Positions 1 through 8,267 of a DNA stretch of 64,000 bases are shown here, in pieces. The position numbers and the translations under genes were made by a program. The DNA lies in assembly GCA_036228265.1 (NCBI GenBank), contig JAZAOF010000007.1, positions 2,473 to 66,472 on the forward strand, read 5' to 3'. The DNA is from Myxococcota bacterium (GTDB lineage Bacteria > Myxococcota_A > UBA9160 > UBA4427). The notes under the pieces are model-generated. The model was not told where the DNA came from. It worked only from the letters and a program-made list of their open reading frames with translations, and did not search any database. Numbering within the stretch: the first letter of the stretch is position 1; each line of letters opens with the position of its first letter.

Positions 1-1
1 C

Positions 2-1714
2 ATCATTCGAGGCGGAACGGTCATCGACGGCACCGGGGCCGAACGCCGCGATTCCGACGTTGGGATCGCGGACGGCCGCATCCAAGCCATCGGCGACGTT
101 CCCGGCCCCTCCAAGACCGAAGTCGACGCCCGGGGCAAGATCGTGTCTCCGGGCTTCGTGGACATCCATACCCACTACGACGCCCAGGCCTTCTGGGACC
201 CCACTCTCAGTCCTTCGCCCTTTCACGGGGTGACCACGGTGGTGGGAGGCAATTGCGGGTTCAGTATCGCGCCCCTGGTCCCCGAGGCAAGCGACTACCT
301 GATGCGAATGCTCTCGCGGGTCGAAGGCATGCCGCTGGAGAGTCTCCAGTCGGGCGTCCCCTGGAACTGGTCGTCTTTCGGCGACTATCTCAATTGCCTC
401 GACAACACGCTGGCCGTCAATGCCGGCTTCCTGGTGGGACACTGTGCCCTGCGACGCGTGGTCATGGGTGAAGCGGCCACCGGCGAGAGCGCCAACGACG
501 AACAGGTCGCCGCCATGCAGGGACTTCTCGCGGAGTCGCTCGCAGCGGGAGGAATGGGGTTTTCCTCCTCCTGGGCAACGACCCACAACGACGGCGCCGG
601 CGTTCCCGTGCCTTCTCGGTCGGCCAGCCGAGAGGAAATTCTCGCGCTCTGCCGAACGACGGGAGAGCACGAGGGTACGACCCTCGAGTTCATTCCCACC
701 GTGGGTCCCTTCGAGGACAAGCATCGGGCGATGCTCGCCGACATGTCCCTGGCGGCCGGCCGGCCCCTCAACTGGAATGTACTCGTGGCCCAGGAGATGG
801 GCCGAGAACTCTGGGAGAGCCAACTCGCCGCTTCCGATTACGCCGCCGAGCGCGGCGCTCGCGTCCTGGCCCTGACGCCCCCGGTGGTGATGGAGGTGCG
901 TCTCAACTTCGTGAGCGGCTTCGTTCTCGACGCCTTTCCCGGATGGGCCCAACTCTTTGGGCAACCCCTCGAGGAACGCAAGAAAGCCCTCGCGGACCCC
1001 GTGTTCCGCGAGCAACTCGACCGATCGGCCAACTCCGAGGAAGCCGGCGTGTTTCGCGCCTTGGCGAACTGGCAAAACATCACGGTCGCGGAGACCTTTT
1101 GCGAAGAAAACGCGCCCTTCCAGGGGCGAACGGTGGGAGAGATCGCCCAGGAGGTCGGAAAGGCCCCCTTTGACGCCATGCTGGACATGGTGCTCGCAGA
1201 CGACCTCCGTACCTCCCTCAGGCCCATGTCCCTTGGGCACGACGACGAAAGCTGGAAGATTCGCGCCGAAATCTGGAGAGATCCCCGCTGCGTGGTCGGC
1301 GCCTCGGACGCCGGCGCTCACCTCGACATGATCAACACGTTCCTCTACACGACCGCGCTCCTGGAGTCGGTCCGAGAGCGCAAGCTGATCGAACTCGAGG
1401 AGGCGGTCCACCAACTGACCGACGTTCCCGCCCGGCTCTACGGGATCCGCGAACGGGGCCGACTGGCCGAGGGTTGGCGTGCGGACGTCACCGTCTTCGA
1501 TCCCGACCGCGTGGCTCCAACCCCGATCTACACGAAGCCAGACCTGCCCGGAGGGGCGTCGCGCCTGTATGCCGATGCCCTGGGAATCGAAAACGTGTTC
1601 GTCAACGGCGAAGAGATCGTCCGCGAAGGCCAACACACCGGAGCCTACCCGGGAACCGTCCTCCGCTCGGGACGCGACACCGAAACGGTGTCCATCCCCG
1701 GCGGCACCCACTGA
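2..1714 (+). CDS. N-acyl-D-amino-acid deacylase (D-aminoacylase) family amidohydrolase; 5' end lies outside the window
   Basis: The frame stays open back to nt 2 (IIRGGTVIDGTG...GKIVSPGFVDIHTHYD). Metal-binding 'DIHTH', 'VVGGNCG' and the C-terminal 'ADVTVFDP' are typical of this family. GC3 bias is strong. Confidence 0.85.
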   Translation: MIRGGTVIDGTGAERRDSDVGIADGRIQAIGDVPGPSKTEVDARGKIVSPGFVDIHTHYDAQAFWDPTLSPSPFHGVTTVVGGNCGFSIAPLVPEASDYLMRMLSRVEGMPLESLQSGVPWNWSSFGDYLNCLDNTLAVNAGFLVGHCALRRVVMGEAATGESANDEQVAAMQGLLAESLAAGGMGFSSSWATTHNDGAGVPVPSRSASREEILALCRTTGEHEGTTLEFIPTVGPFEDKHRAMLADMSLAAGRPLNWNVLVAQEMGRELWESQLAASDYAAERGARVLALTPPVVMEVRLNFVSGFVLDAFPGWAQLFGQPLEERKKALADPVFREQLDRSANSEEAGVFRALANWQNITVAETFCEENAPFQGRTVGEIAQEVGKAPFDAMLDMVLADDLRTSLRPMSLGHDDESWKIRAEIWRDPRCVVGASDAGAHLDMINTFLYTTALLESVRERKLIELEEAVHQLTDVPARLYGIRERGRLAEGWRADVTVFDPDRVAPTPIYTKPDLPGGASRLYADALGIENVFVNGEEIVREGQHTGAYPGTVLRSGRDTETVSIPGGTH

Positions 1715-1780
1715 AACTGAAATCCACCGGGAGGCACGCAGGTCGCCACTGCGACTCGCTCCCGGGCAAGGCCCTGCGCG

Positions 1781-2863
1781 ATGGCAACTGACATCCCGAT
1801 GCCCTCCTACTCCGACAACATGGAGGAAGCCGACCTCGTCGGGTGGCTCGTCGCGCCGGGAGATTTCATCCACGAAGGCGATCCCATCGCCGAAATCGAG
1901 ACGGACAAGGCCACGGGCGAACTCGAATCTCCCGTCTCCGGAACCCTGGTAGAAATTTGCGTCGCCGAGGGAACCACGGGCGTGAAGGTGGGAGCGGTCG
2001 TGGCTCGGATCGACGCTGCGGAGGCCGAAGCCCCCTTTCCTCCAGAGGCCGTAGAGACGTCTGCCTCGCAACCGGCTTCGGCTGCAGAACCGATCGATTC
2101 CGGGTCTCCTTTGGAGGAGCCGGCTGATTCCCCGCCTACTCCTCCCGTCGCCGAGACGCCCTCGCCGCCTCCCGCATCTCCATCGGCAACGACCGCCCTC
2201 GCCCGACGCGTCGCCGAGCAGTCGGGGATCGATCTCTCCGGGTTGCGGGGCACTGGGGCGCGCGGACGCGTTACCAAGGCCGACGTGGAAGCCGCCGCCT
2301 CGGGCGCAATGGCCCCGGCAGCGCCAGCTTTCGCCGTTTTGGACGTCGAATGCGACGTCTCCAAGGCCCTCGATGTCTGCCGGCAGGCCAGCGAACGCGA
2401 CGACCCAATCGATCTCGTGGCCTTCGCCGTCCGCGCGGCGGTCCTGGCGCTCAACGACGTTCCCGACCTCGCCGCCCGCCCCGAACGTGAAGAGAACGGA
2501 TTCGGAGTGCGGGTCCACGCCGCAAGCGGGGCCCCCAAGACGCTTCAAGAAGCGGAGCGCAAAAGCCTCGGCGTCCTTGCCCAGGAACTGCGCGACGACT
2601 CGGAAGAGACGACCGAGGCGCCGGACATCGAAATCTTCGACTTCGGCGGCCTCGGAATCCACCGCGTACAGGCGCCCGTCTCCGCGGGAGGCACGGCCGC
2701 GCTGGGAATCGGGGCCCCTTGTTCGAGCGACCCGGACGGAGAACTCGACCGAGCCTACTTCACGCTCTCGGTGGACACGACCCGCGTCGAACTCGCCACC
2801 GCCGCGCGCTGGTTCTCGGAATTTCGTCGCCGGATCGAAGATCCGCTCGAAATGCTCCTATAG
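1781..2863 (+). CDS. 2-oxoacid dehydrogenase E2-like protein: lipoyl domain, E3-binding domain and a short, degenerate acyltransferase domain
   Basis: N-terminal lipoyl domain with 'EIETDKA' (Lys codon 1907-1909). Ala/Pro-rich linker. Subunit-binding domain 'ALARRVAEQSGIDLSGLRGTGARGRVTKADVE'. The C-terminal 'SVDTTRVELATAARWF..EDPLEMLL' aligns with the canonical 'S.DHRviDGa.aa.FL...edP..lll', but His is replaced. Confidence 0.8.
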   Translation: MATDIPMPSYSDNMEEADLVGWLVAPGDFIHEGDPIAEIETDKATGELESPVSGTLVEICVAEGTTGVKVGAVVARIDAAEAEAPFPPEAVETSASQPASAAEPIDSGSPLEEPADSPPTPPVAETPSPPPASPSATTALARRVAEQSGIDLSGLRGTGARGRVTKADVEAAASGAMAPAAPAFAVLDVECDVSKALDVCRQASERDDPIDLVAFAVRAAVLALNDVPDLAARPEREENGFGVRVHAASGAPKTLQEAERKSLGVLAQELRDDSEETTEAPDIEIFDFGGLGIHRVQAPVSAGGTAALGIGAPCSSDPDGELDRAYFTLSVDTTRVELATAARWFSEFRRRIEDPLEMLL

Positions 2864-2878
2864 CCTCGAAAGCGAGGC
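2863..2878. terminator. Small GC hairpin between convergent genes (GCCTCG-AAAG-CGAGGC)
   Basis: A 6-bp stem with a GNRA-like loop sits immediately after the TAG stop of the E2-like gene. It lies 10 nt from the stop of the convergent membrane-protein gene. There is no clear U-tract. Confidence 0.3.
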
Positions 2879-2887
2879 GCACGCGCG

Positions 2888-3427
2888 CTAGAGGTCATCG
2901 TCGTCGTCGAAATCGAATTCGTCCTCGGCCACACCGCTGTCGTAATGGCGCTGGGAGCCCCCGAAGATCGCCCAGATCGACAGAATGACGAGCGCCGCGA
3001 GGCTCGCCTGGAGCACGACGAAGCCGGCGACCTTGAGAATGGCGAAGTCGGGGCTCACGAAGCGAACCAGCCACCCGGACCCCTCGTCCACGAGCGCCGC
3101 CACGAAGGGCGTCGTGATGAGCGTGATCTTCAACCAGGTCTTGAACGGGCAGAAGAGCACCAGGTGGGTCAGCACCAGGAGCAGCATCCCCATGGCGAAC
3201 AGGTGGAAGTGCGAGACTTCGAGGAGCCCCTGGTAACTCCGCGGCGAGAGGTACTGTTCGGGGTTTCCCAGGTAATAGGCCACCACCGAAGAAGGAGCGA
3301 GAGTCATTTTCTGAAAGTAGAGGAGCAGGTTCGTGACCCAGAGCAGGGCCACGTAGACGCTGTAGAGCACCACGATCATCTGGAGGAGCCGATTTCGGCT
3401 CCATTCTCCGGTCACGATGAAGCGCAT
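2888..3427 (-). CDS. Four-TM membrane protein with intramembrane His residues and an acidic C-terminal tail (function unknown)
   Basis: The internal ATG at 3427 (MRFIVTGEW...) starts 14 nt after the upstream stop. Four hydrophobic segments are visible, plus 'EVSHFHLF' and 'LTHLV' His motifs. The tail reads 'EDEFDFDDDDDL'. The longer ORF-track N-terminus overlaps the upstream gene and looks non-coding. Confidence 0.65.
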   Translation of the reverse strand: MRFIVTGEWSRNRLLQMIVVLYSVYVALLWVTNLLLYFQKMTLAPSSVVAYYLGNPEQYLSPRSYQGLLEVSHFHLFAMGMLLLVLTHLVLFCPFKTWLKITLITTPFVAALVDEGSGWLVRFVSPDFAILKVAGFVVLQASLAALVILSIWAIFGGSQRHYDSGVAEDEFDFDDDDDL

Positions 3428-3441
3428 GGCGTTTTCTCGAT

Positions 3442-4080
3442 TTACTCCGCGCTTGGCTTCGCCTGGGGGAGGCTCGGTGACTCGTCGGCCGATTTCCCCG
3501 GCTCGGCGATCAGGACGTCGTAGGCGGCCAGGAAACGACGCACACTCGCCGTCGCCGCCCGCGCCGAGAGAGTAGCGCCGGAAACGCCGTGGATGTCCCA
3601 TCCGAGGCGCAAATCGTCTTTCTTGGAGACCCCGAGGAACTGCTCGTACCAACGCTCCCGGGGCAGGTAACCCAGGGGTTCATAAAAGGCGAGCACGAGC
3701 ACCCGGGTGACCTCACCCGTGGGCGAGAGCACGATCATGAAGGCCTCGGGAAGGGTCCGGACCTGGTGGATCTCGATCTGGGCGTAGCCCAACACCCGCC
3801 CGTCCTTCCAACCGGTGAAGATAGTGAGCAGTTCACCCGGCAGGCGGGCGCGGGCCCCCTTCTCGATGGCGTCGACCTGCGCCGACTTCAGGATGTAGTT
3901 CGTTTCCTCGACGCGATCGGCGCCGGGAAAGGCCCGTTCCAGGGCCTCGTCCTGGGCAAAAAATACCTTCGCCCCGGCGGGGTCCGCCGAGGCGAAGGCA
4001 AGGCACGCAAGCAGCGCACCCGGGATGCCGAACCGGTGCGTCGACCTAGAAGACGTAACCGACACCCAACTGGAACTCAT
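3442..4080 (-). CDS. Exported FMN-binding-domain protein (flavinylation motif present)
   Basis: 'DIHGVSGATLSARA' matches the D..(S/T)GAT(L)(S/T) motif that ApbE-type flavin transferases modify. A signal-peptide-like 'RFGIPGALLACLAFASA' is present. The start is uncertain (ATG 4080, GTG 4065 or ATG 4125); every option overlaps the porin stop. Confidence 0.75.
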   Translation of the reverse strand: MSSSWVSVTSSRSTHRFGIPGALLACLAFASADPAGAKVFFAQDEALERAFPGADRVEETNYILKSAQVDAIEKGARARLPGELLTIFTGWKDGRVLGYAQIEIHQVRTLPEAFMIVLSPTGEVTRVLVLAFYEPLGYLPRERWYEQFLGVSKKDDLRLGWDIHGVSGATLSARAATASVRRFLAAYDVLIAEPGKSADESPSLPQAKPSAE

Positions 4081-5497
4081 GCGGTCGCTGATTGTTGCTG
4101 GCATTGCGGCCCAACGCATGAACATTGCGATAATCCGCCTTGATGACGACCTGGGGGTGGGGGTAAAACTGGAGACCCACCATGTTTACGCGGAAGTTCT
4201 GGTATCCATACTTGAAGACGCCCGAGGGCATCTTATTCTGGGTTTCCGTCCACTCGAAGCGATAAAAGGGCTCCAGACTCATTTCGGTATCCGGAAAGAT
4301 CCACGGAAGAACGTTGTAGCCGACTGAAAAATAGCCGCCCAGGCTTCGCTTGGCGATGCAGCCTTTGTAGTCATTGTTCTTCCCGTCGACCACAAGGGTG
4401 TTACACGTGCCCAAAGCGTTAGTTAGATCTCCGGCGTCGGCAACGTGCGACTGCGTGTACAGAGCCCGAAGTTTGAGACCCTGCCACTCGTACTCCGCGT
4501 GAACCTCGAAGATCGTCGTCCACACGTTCCCGAAGTCGTATCGGCCCTGACCTGAACCGCCCGACCACACCGATCCACCGACGAGAAGCCCATCGGTGGG
4601 AATCCAATCGAGACGAGCCACGATCGCCCAATCGTTGGCCTTTTTCGCGCGTCCCTTCTGACGCCCGCCCCGATAGCCGCTGGACGTGAAGCCCGAGGCA
4701 TCCATCCCGTTCATCGCGTAGAGCTTGTAGCTGAGCGTGTCGTCGAAGAAGCTTCCGAAGAGGCCTGCCCCGATCTCCCGCCAGGTCGAGGGAATGATCT
4801 GGGTTTCCGGAGAGGGCCGCGAAACCCCGTAGTACTCGGTGGGTTCGTGGATCTCGTTGATAAAACCCATGGGCGTGAGCAAGAGCCCCGTCGCGACGTT
4901 GACTCGTTCGTCGATAAAGAAATCCAACTCGGCGAATTCGACCGAAGCGGAACCGCCTCGCCCCGTGGAAGCGTGTTCGAACTCGATCTCGGTATTGATG
5001 ACGATCCAATCGTTGAACTTGTAGCCGGCATAAATCACCCCGCGGAGCCACTCCGCCACGTTGTCGCGCCCGTGCTTGTCCGCCACGAGCGCCGAGAAGT
5101 TCCCCTCGCCGTAGCCGCCAATCGAGAGCCCCTGGTCCTTGGTGTAGACCTTGGAGGCCGCAGGGCCCTTGCCATACATGCTCTTCAACCCCGTCTCCTC
5201 GGGGATGGCGACGGCTCGCTTGATGCGTTCCATCTCGCGCGCCAGGGCCCCGATGTTCTCCTGCAACTCGGGGTTCGGTGCGACGGTCACGTCTTCGGCC
5301 GCGGCCTCGGCAGCTTTTTCAACCTCTTTCTCGGCCTGCATCTTCTTGATCTCGTCCATCAACATCTGGACCTGCGATTCCAGTGCCGTGATGCGATCGG
5401 AATCATCGGCGGCGGCCGACGCGGGCGCGGCGGCAAACGCGAAGACCAGGGCCAGGCTGGCGGCCCAGGTCATGGAAAATCTCAATCGGCTCGGCAT
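4046..5497 (-). CDS. Outer-membrane porin-like beta-barrel with an N-terminal coiled coil (phosphate-porin O/P-like)
   Basis: Signal peptide 'MPSRLRFSMTWAASLALVFAFAAAPASA'. Heptad-like 'ITALESQVQMLMDEIKKMQAEKE'. Alternating aromatic/Gly beta-strand pattern. Terminal '...QLGVGYVF' with a C-terminal Phe, typical of OMPs. Confidence 0.75.
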   Translation of the reverse strand: MPSRLRFSMTWAASLALVFAFAAAPASAAADDSDRITALESQVQMLMDEIKKMQAEKEVEKAAEAAAEDVTVAPNPELQENIGALAREMERIKRAVAIPEETGLKSMYGKGPAASKVYTKDQGLSIGGYGEGNFSALVADKHGRDNVAEWLRGVIYAGYKFNDWIVINTEIEFEHASTGRGGSASVEFAELDFFIDERVNVATGLLLTPMGFINEIHEPTEYYGVSRPSPETQIIPSTWREIGAGLFGSFFDDTLSYKLYAMNGMDASGFTSSGYRGGRQKGRAKKANDWAIVARLDWIPTDGLLVGGSVWSGGSGQGRYDFGNVWTTIFEVHAEYEWQGLKLRALYTQSHVADAGDLTNALGTCNTLVVDGKNNDYKGCIAKRSLGGYFSVGYNVLPWIFPDTEMSLEPFYRFEWTETQNKMPSGVFKYGYQNFRVNMVGLQFYPHPQVVIKADYRNVHALGRNASNNQRPHEFQLGVGYVF

Positions 5498-5594
5498 CGG
5501 TACCCCTCCTCGAACGACCCGATCGCGCGCCCGTCCAACAGCATGGAGCCGCCGCGCAATACGAAATTGAAAGTCGTTTTCTTTTGGAGAAGAG

Positions 5595-5627
5595 GTTTTA
5601 ACGAAAATGAATACCAATTTCAATTGG
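5595..5627 (-). promoter_or_regulatory. Candidate sigma70 promoter with an overlapping AT-rich palindrome / Fur-box-like site upstream of the porin-FMN-4TM operon
   Basis: On the minus strand: TTGAAA (5618-5623), 17 nt, TAAAAC (5595-5600). Inverted repeat CCAATT-TC-AATTGG at 5614-5627. The 19-mer GAAAATGAATACCAATTTC (5603-5621) matches the E. coli Fur box GATAATGATAATCATTATC at 13/19 by hand count. This is a conspicuous AT-rich island in GC-rich DNA. Confidence 0.3.
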
Positions 5628-5672
5628 AATGGGCGAAGCGAGAGGGTCCTGAGATCTATCCCCTAGGGGAAA

Positions 5673-6644
5673 TTAGACTTGGCGGAGAAATTCGGAGAGG
5701 CCGAAACCGACCCGGTCGCCGCAGCGCCACTCGGTCATTCCCTCTCCGATGAAGGTCGTGAGCCCCTCCCTGCGATTGCGCAGGGGAATAAAGGACTTGA
5801 CCTCCCCCTGGATCGCAAGGGTTTCGCCCTTCTGGGTCTCGACCTGCGCCCTCACCTGCCGGTGAAAGAGTCCATTCTCCTCGTACTCGGCCTCGATCGT
5901 GGCGTCGGTGATCAACTCCAACTCGTTGCCGCGAACGATGACCCCGCCGCGCCGGATGTTGTCCGGGTCTCGCTGGATGATCGAGACCATGGCCCCGAAA
6001 TCAGGACCAAAGTTCATGGTCAGCCACTCGTAGCTCTGGATCGCCTGCCAGTAGCGCGGCCCCCAGGAATGGTCCCGCAGTCCGTAGCCGTCGATGGCCA
6101 GCGATTCGCCCGCGATTTCAAGGCTTCCTGCGACATGCATATGCTGCTCATAGTGCGCCTTGCCAAACTGCTGGTCGGCTTTTCGCCCCTCTTCTTCGCG
6201 GCTTCCCGAACTTCCATACATCGGCCCCACGGCCTCGTGAACGAGGTCGAGCGAGATTTTCGACATCGGGTTGTCTCGAAACGCCGCCTTGGGATCCGCC
6301 ATCTCGCGGGGTTCGCGGAGTTCGACCACGGACCCCCCGTAGCTCGTCCGCAGGCGCTGGCTGGGCTCGAGCACTTCGAAGGTCAGCCCTCCTGCGTCGA
6401 AGGCGTCGTTGTTCTCGATCGGGGCGCGCTTGAACACGAAGAGCACCCGCCCATCGGGCAGGTAGACCGTCACGGTCATTTCGGCCTGGCCCTCGTTCGC
6501 CCGGTTTCCAAGGCGAACGAATCCGCCAATCGAGCGTTCTCGATCGAAGAAATTGAAATACATGCTCTCGTTGAAGTTCTCTTCGGGGCCGAGTGCATGG
6601 GTGTAATCGTCTTCGGGCTTGAGGTTGCCAACGATCTTGGCCAT
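5673..6644 (-). CDS. Conserved hypothetical protein (beta-rich, 'GLRDHSWGPRYW' motif)
   Basis: Starts at ATG 6644 (MAKIVGNLKPEDDYTH...). The sequence is protein-like and non-repetitive with high GC3. I recognise the RDHSWGPR motif from uncharacterised actinobacterial and proteobacterial proteins but cannot name the family with confidence. Confidence 0.7.
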   Translation of the reverse strand: MAKIVGNLKPEDDYTHALGPEENFNESMYFNFFDRERSIGGFVRLGNRANEGQAEMTVTVYLPDGRVLFVFKRAPIENNDAFDAGGLTFEVLEPSQRLRTSYGGSVVELREPREMADPKAAFRDNPMSKISLDLVHEAVGPMYGSSGSREEEGRKADQQFGKAHYEQHMHVAGSLEIAGESLAIDGYGLRDHSWGPRYWQAIQSYEWLTMNFGPDFGAMVSIIQRDPDNIRRGGVIVRGNELELITDATIEAEYEENGLFHRQVRAQVETQKGETLAIQGEVKSFIPLRNRREGLTTFIGEGMTEWRCGDRVGFGLSEFLRQV

Positions 6645-6762
6645 GGGAGTGTCCTTCCATGTGGCTGTGGAGCCGTAGTGGAGCCGATACCGGATACGAA
6701 ACCGGCACTCAAAACTACACGAGAACACTTTGGGGAGGGTTCCTGCGTGGCGAAGAAAAGGC

Positions 6763-6792
6763 GAAAAGTTCTGAAAAAACAAAACCCGCCAG
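6763..6792 (-). terminator. Rho-independent terminator (minus strand)
   Basis: An 8-bp stem AACCCGCC/GGCGGGTT (6773-6780 / 6785-6792) with loop AGGA. On the minus strand it is followed by TTTTGTTTTTTC (6763-6772). Confidence 0.55.
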
Positions 6793-6819
6793 GAGGCGGG
6801 TTATAAATTTCGTACGCAG
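6791..6819 (+). promoter_or_regulatory. Candidate sigma70 promoter (plus strand)
   Basis: TTATAA (6791-6796), 17 nt, TAAAAT (6814-6819), inside an AT-rich patch. It would drive a ~230-nt leader ahead of the small ORF at 7058. Confidence 0.3.
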
Positions 6820-7057
6820 TGGATAAAATATAGCACAGTTCGCTCTTTGCGCAAGATGCTAGGCCGCAACTCCACGAAAACGGCTCCCAACTCGCGATGT
6901 CCGCGCCGCAACTGTGCACGAGCCCGCCTTTTCGGGCCGGGTCCACGAATCTTAAACCGAGGGAAAAATCCCTCGCCCGTCGAAAGCCAACCGTACCTGC
7001 GACACCCGCACCGCTGTGGCAAAATGCGCCGCCAAGCCCACTCCGAGGACACACTCC

Positions 7058-7321
7058 ATGCCTTCCGAGAGCACCGACCGGTCGGTTCGTATTCTGCGCA
7101 TCGCAGGGTGGATACTGGGCATCCTGGGGCTTTTCATGTTGGGCAACGACATGGTCGGGGACAACCAACGCGACAACCTGGCTGGAGTCCTCTTCATCAT
7201 CGCGGGGATCGCAACGCTACTCGTGGCGAAAAACCGCGAATCCCGAAGCCGCCATCACGCGCAATCGGCGGACGAGTCGAGCCCCGAGGACGACCGCGAT
7301 TCATCGGAGAACTCGGCGTAG
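7058..7321 (+). CDS. Small two-TM membrane protein (hypothetical)
   Basis: MPSESTDRSVRILRIAGWILGILGLFMLG...GVLFIIAGIATLLVA has two clear hydrophobic helices and good GC3. A GAGGA lies 9 nt upstream. The 3' end overlaps the convergent EEP gene by 67 nt, which lowers confidence. Confidence 0.4.
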   Translation: MPSESTDRSVRILRIAGWILGILGLFMLGNDMVGDNQRDNLAGVLFIIAGIATLLVAKNRESRSRHHAQSADESSPEDDRDSSENSA

Positions 7322-8100
7322 ACGCCGAAGTGATCGGTCGGCCAGACTCCCGAGCGCACGTCGTCACAGACGACACGGCAACTCTGCAGGCGGCCGCTCC
7401 CATTCAACGCCGGGTACCCCGCGAAGATGTAGTCGATTCGCCGATCCGGCTCGAGAGAGCTCCGCGCGTAGTCGTTTCGATTGGACCAGGTGGTGCCGGC
7501 TCCCCCATCTCCGGCGACCTCCCAGGCGTCGTAGAAAAGAACCCGGCGATCGCCCAGTGAATGGCGGCCGGTCATGAAACGAATCTCGTCCGAATCGGGA
7601 TCGGCGTTGAAATCGCCGACAACACTCGGGGGGAATCCATCTCGCACGCGGGATGCAATAACCTGGGAGGCCAACGCCTCGACCTGGCGCTCGCGAACAT
7701 CCCCGTGGTGCAGGCGCCAATTCAAGTGCGTGCACCAGAAATCAATGGCTCCCAACGGCGCGTCCACTCGCACCCCGAGGGCCACCCGCGTTTCTCCGTC
7801 CCCGCGGTCGGGAAGTTTCAAGGGCGTTCGTTCCAGGATCGGCCAACGGCTCGCGACCGCGTTTCCGAATGCTGCGTCACGCTCTCCCCAGAAATCGCTC
7901 GCGCGTTCAAAATCGCAGTGGTACGCCGCCCCCGCACCCAGGATCTCGGAGACCTGGTCGAAGCCCGGACCCACCAGCACCTCCTGGAAGCCAATGAGGT
8001 CCGGATCGAGTCTCTGGATCCATTCGGCGATCCGCGCACGCCTCTGCTCCCACGGACCCGCGTCGTGCCACAGGTTCAAGGTGAGGACAGAAATGGCCAA
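7255..8100 (-). CDS. Endonuclease/exonuclease/phosphatase (EEP) family protein
   Basis: 'VLTLNLWH', 'DLIGFQEV', 'GDFNA', 'RIDYIF' and C-terminal 'TDHFGVYAEF' are the ordered EEP catalytic motifs. Confidence 0.85.
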   Translation of the reverse strand: MAISVLTLNLWHDAGPWEQRRARIAEWIQRLDPDLIGFQEVLVGPGFDQVSEILGAGAAYHCDFERASDFWGERDAAFGNAVASRWPILERTPLKLPDRGDGETRVALGVRVDAPLGAIDFWCTHLNWRLHHGDVRERQVEALASQVIASRVRDGFPPSVVGDFNADPDSDEIRFMTGRHSLGDRRVLFYDAWEVAGDGGAGTTWSNRNDYARSSLEPDRRIDYIFAGYPALNGSGRLQSCRVVCDDVRSGVWPTDHFGVYAEFSDESRSSSGLDSSADCA

Positions 8101-8267
8101 GCGGTTCTCCCGGATCGCGCGACGGGCGCGCCCAAACCCAGTCTGGACGGTTCCTGGCTAGGGAGCAAGCCCCGAACGGGCTAGCGTGGCAAAAGCCGCC
8201 CCACTGCAATGCGATGGAGAAGAACCTCTTTACCCATCGCAGCGCGCCCCAAGAGAAAGCGGAGACC

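Noticed and set aside
5679-6806. 375-aa plus-strand ORF
   Set aside because: It mirrors the minus-strand gene 5673-6644, whose translation is far more protein-like. It runs through the terminator hairpin and the AT-rich island.
6960-7057. Possible c-di-GMP-I (GEMM-like) riboswitch ('GGCAAAA...GCCAAGCCCACTCCG', GAAA loop) in the leader of the small membrane ORF
   Set aside because: The resemblance is limited to short strings. I could not build the two-helix tetraloop/receptor architecture by hand. It is left as an unassigned structured leader pending an Infernal scan.
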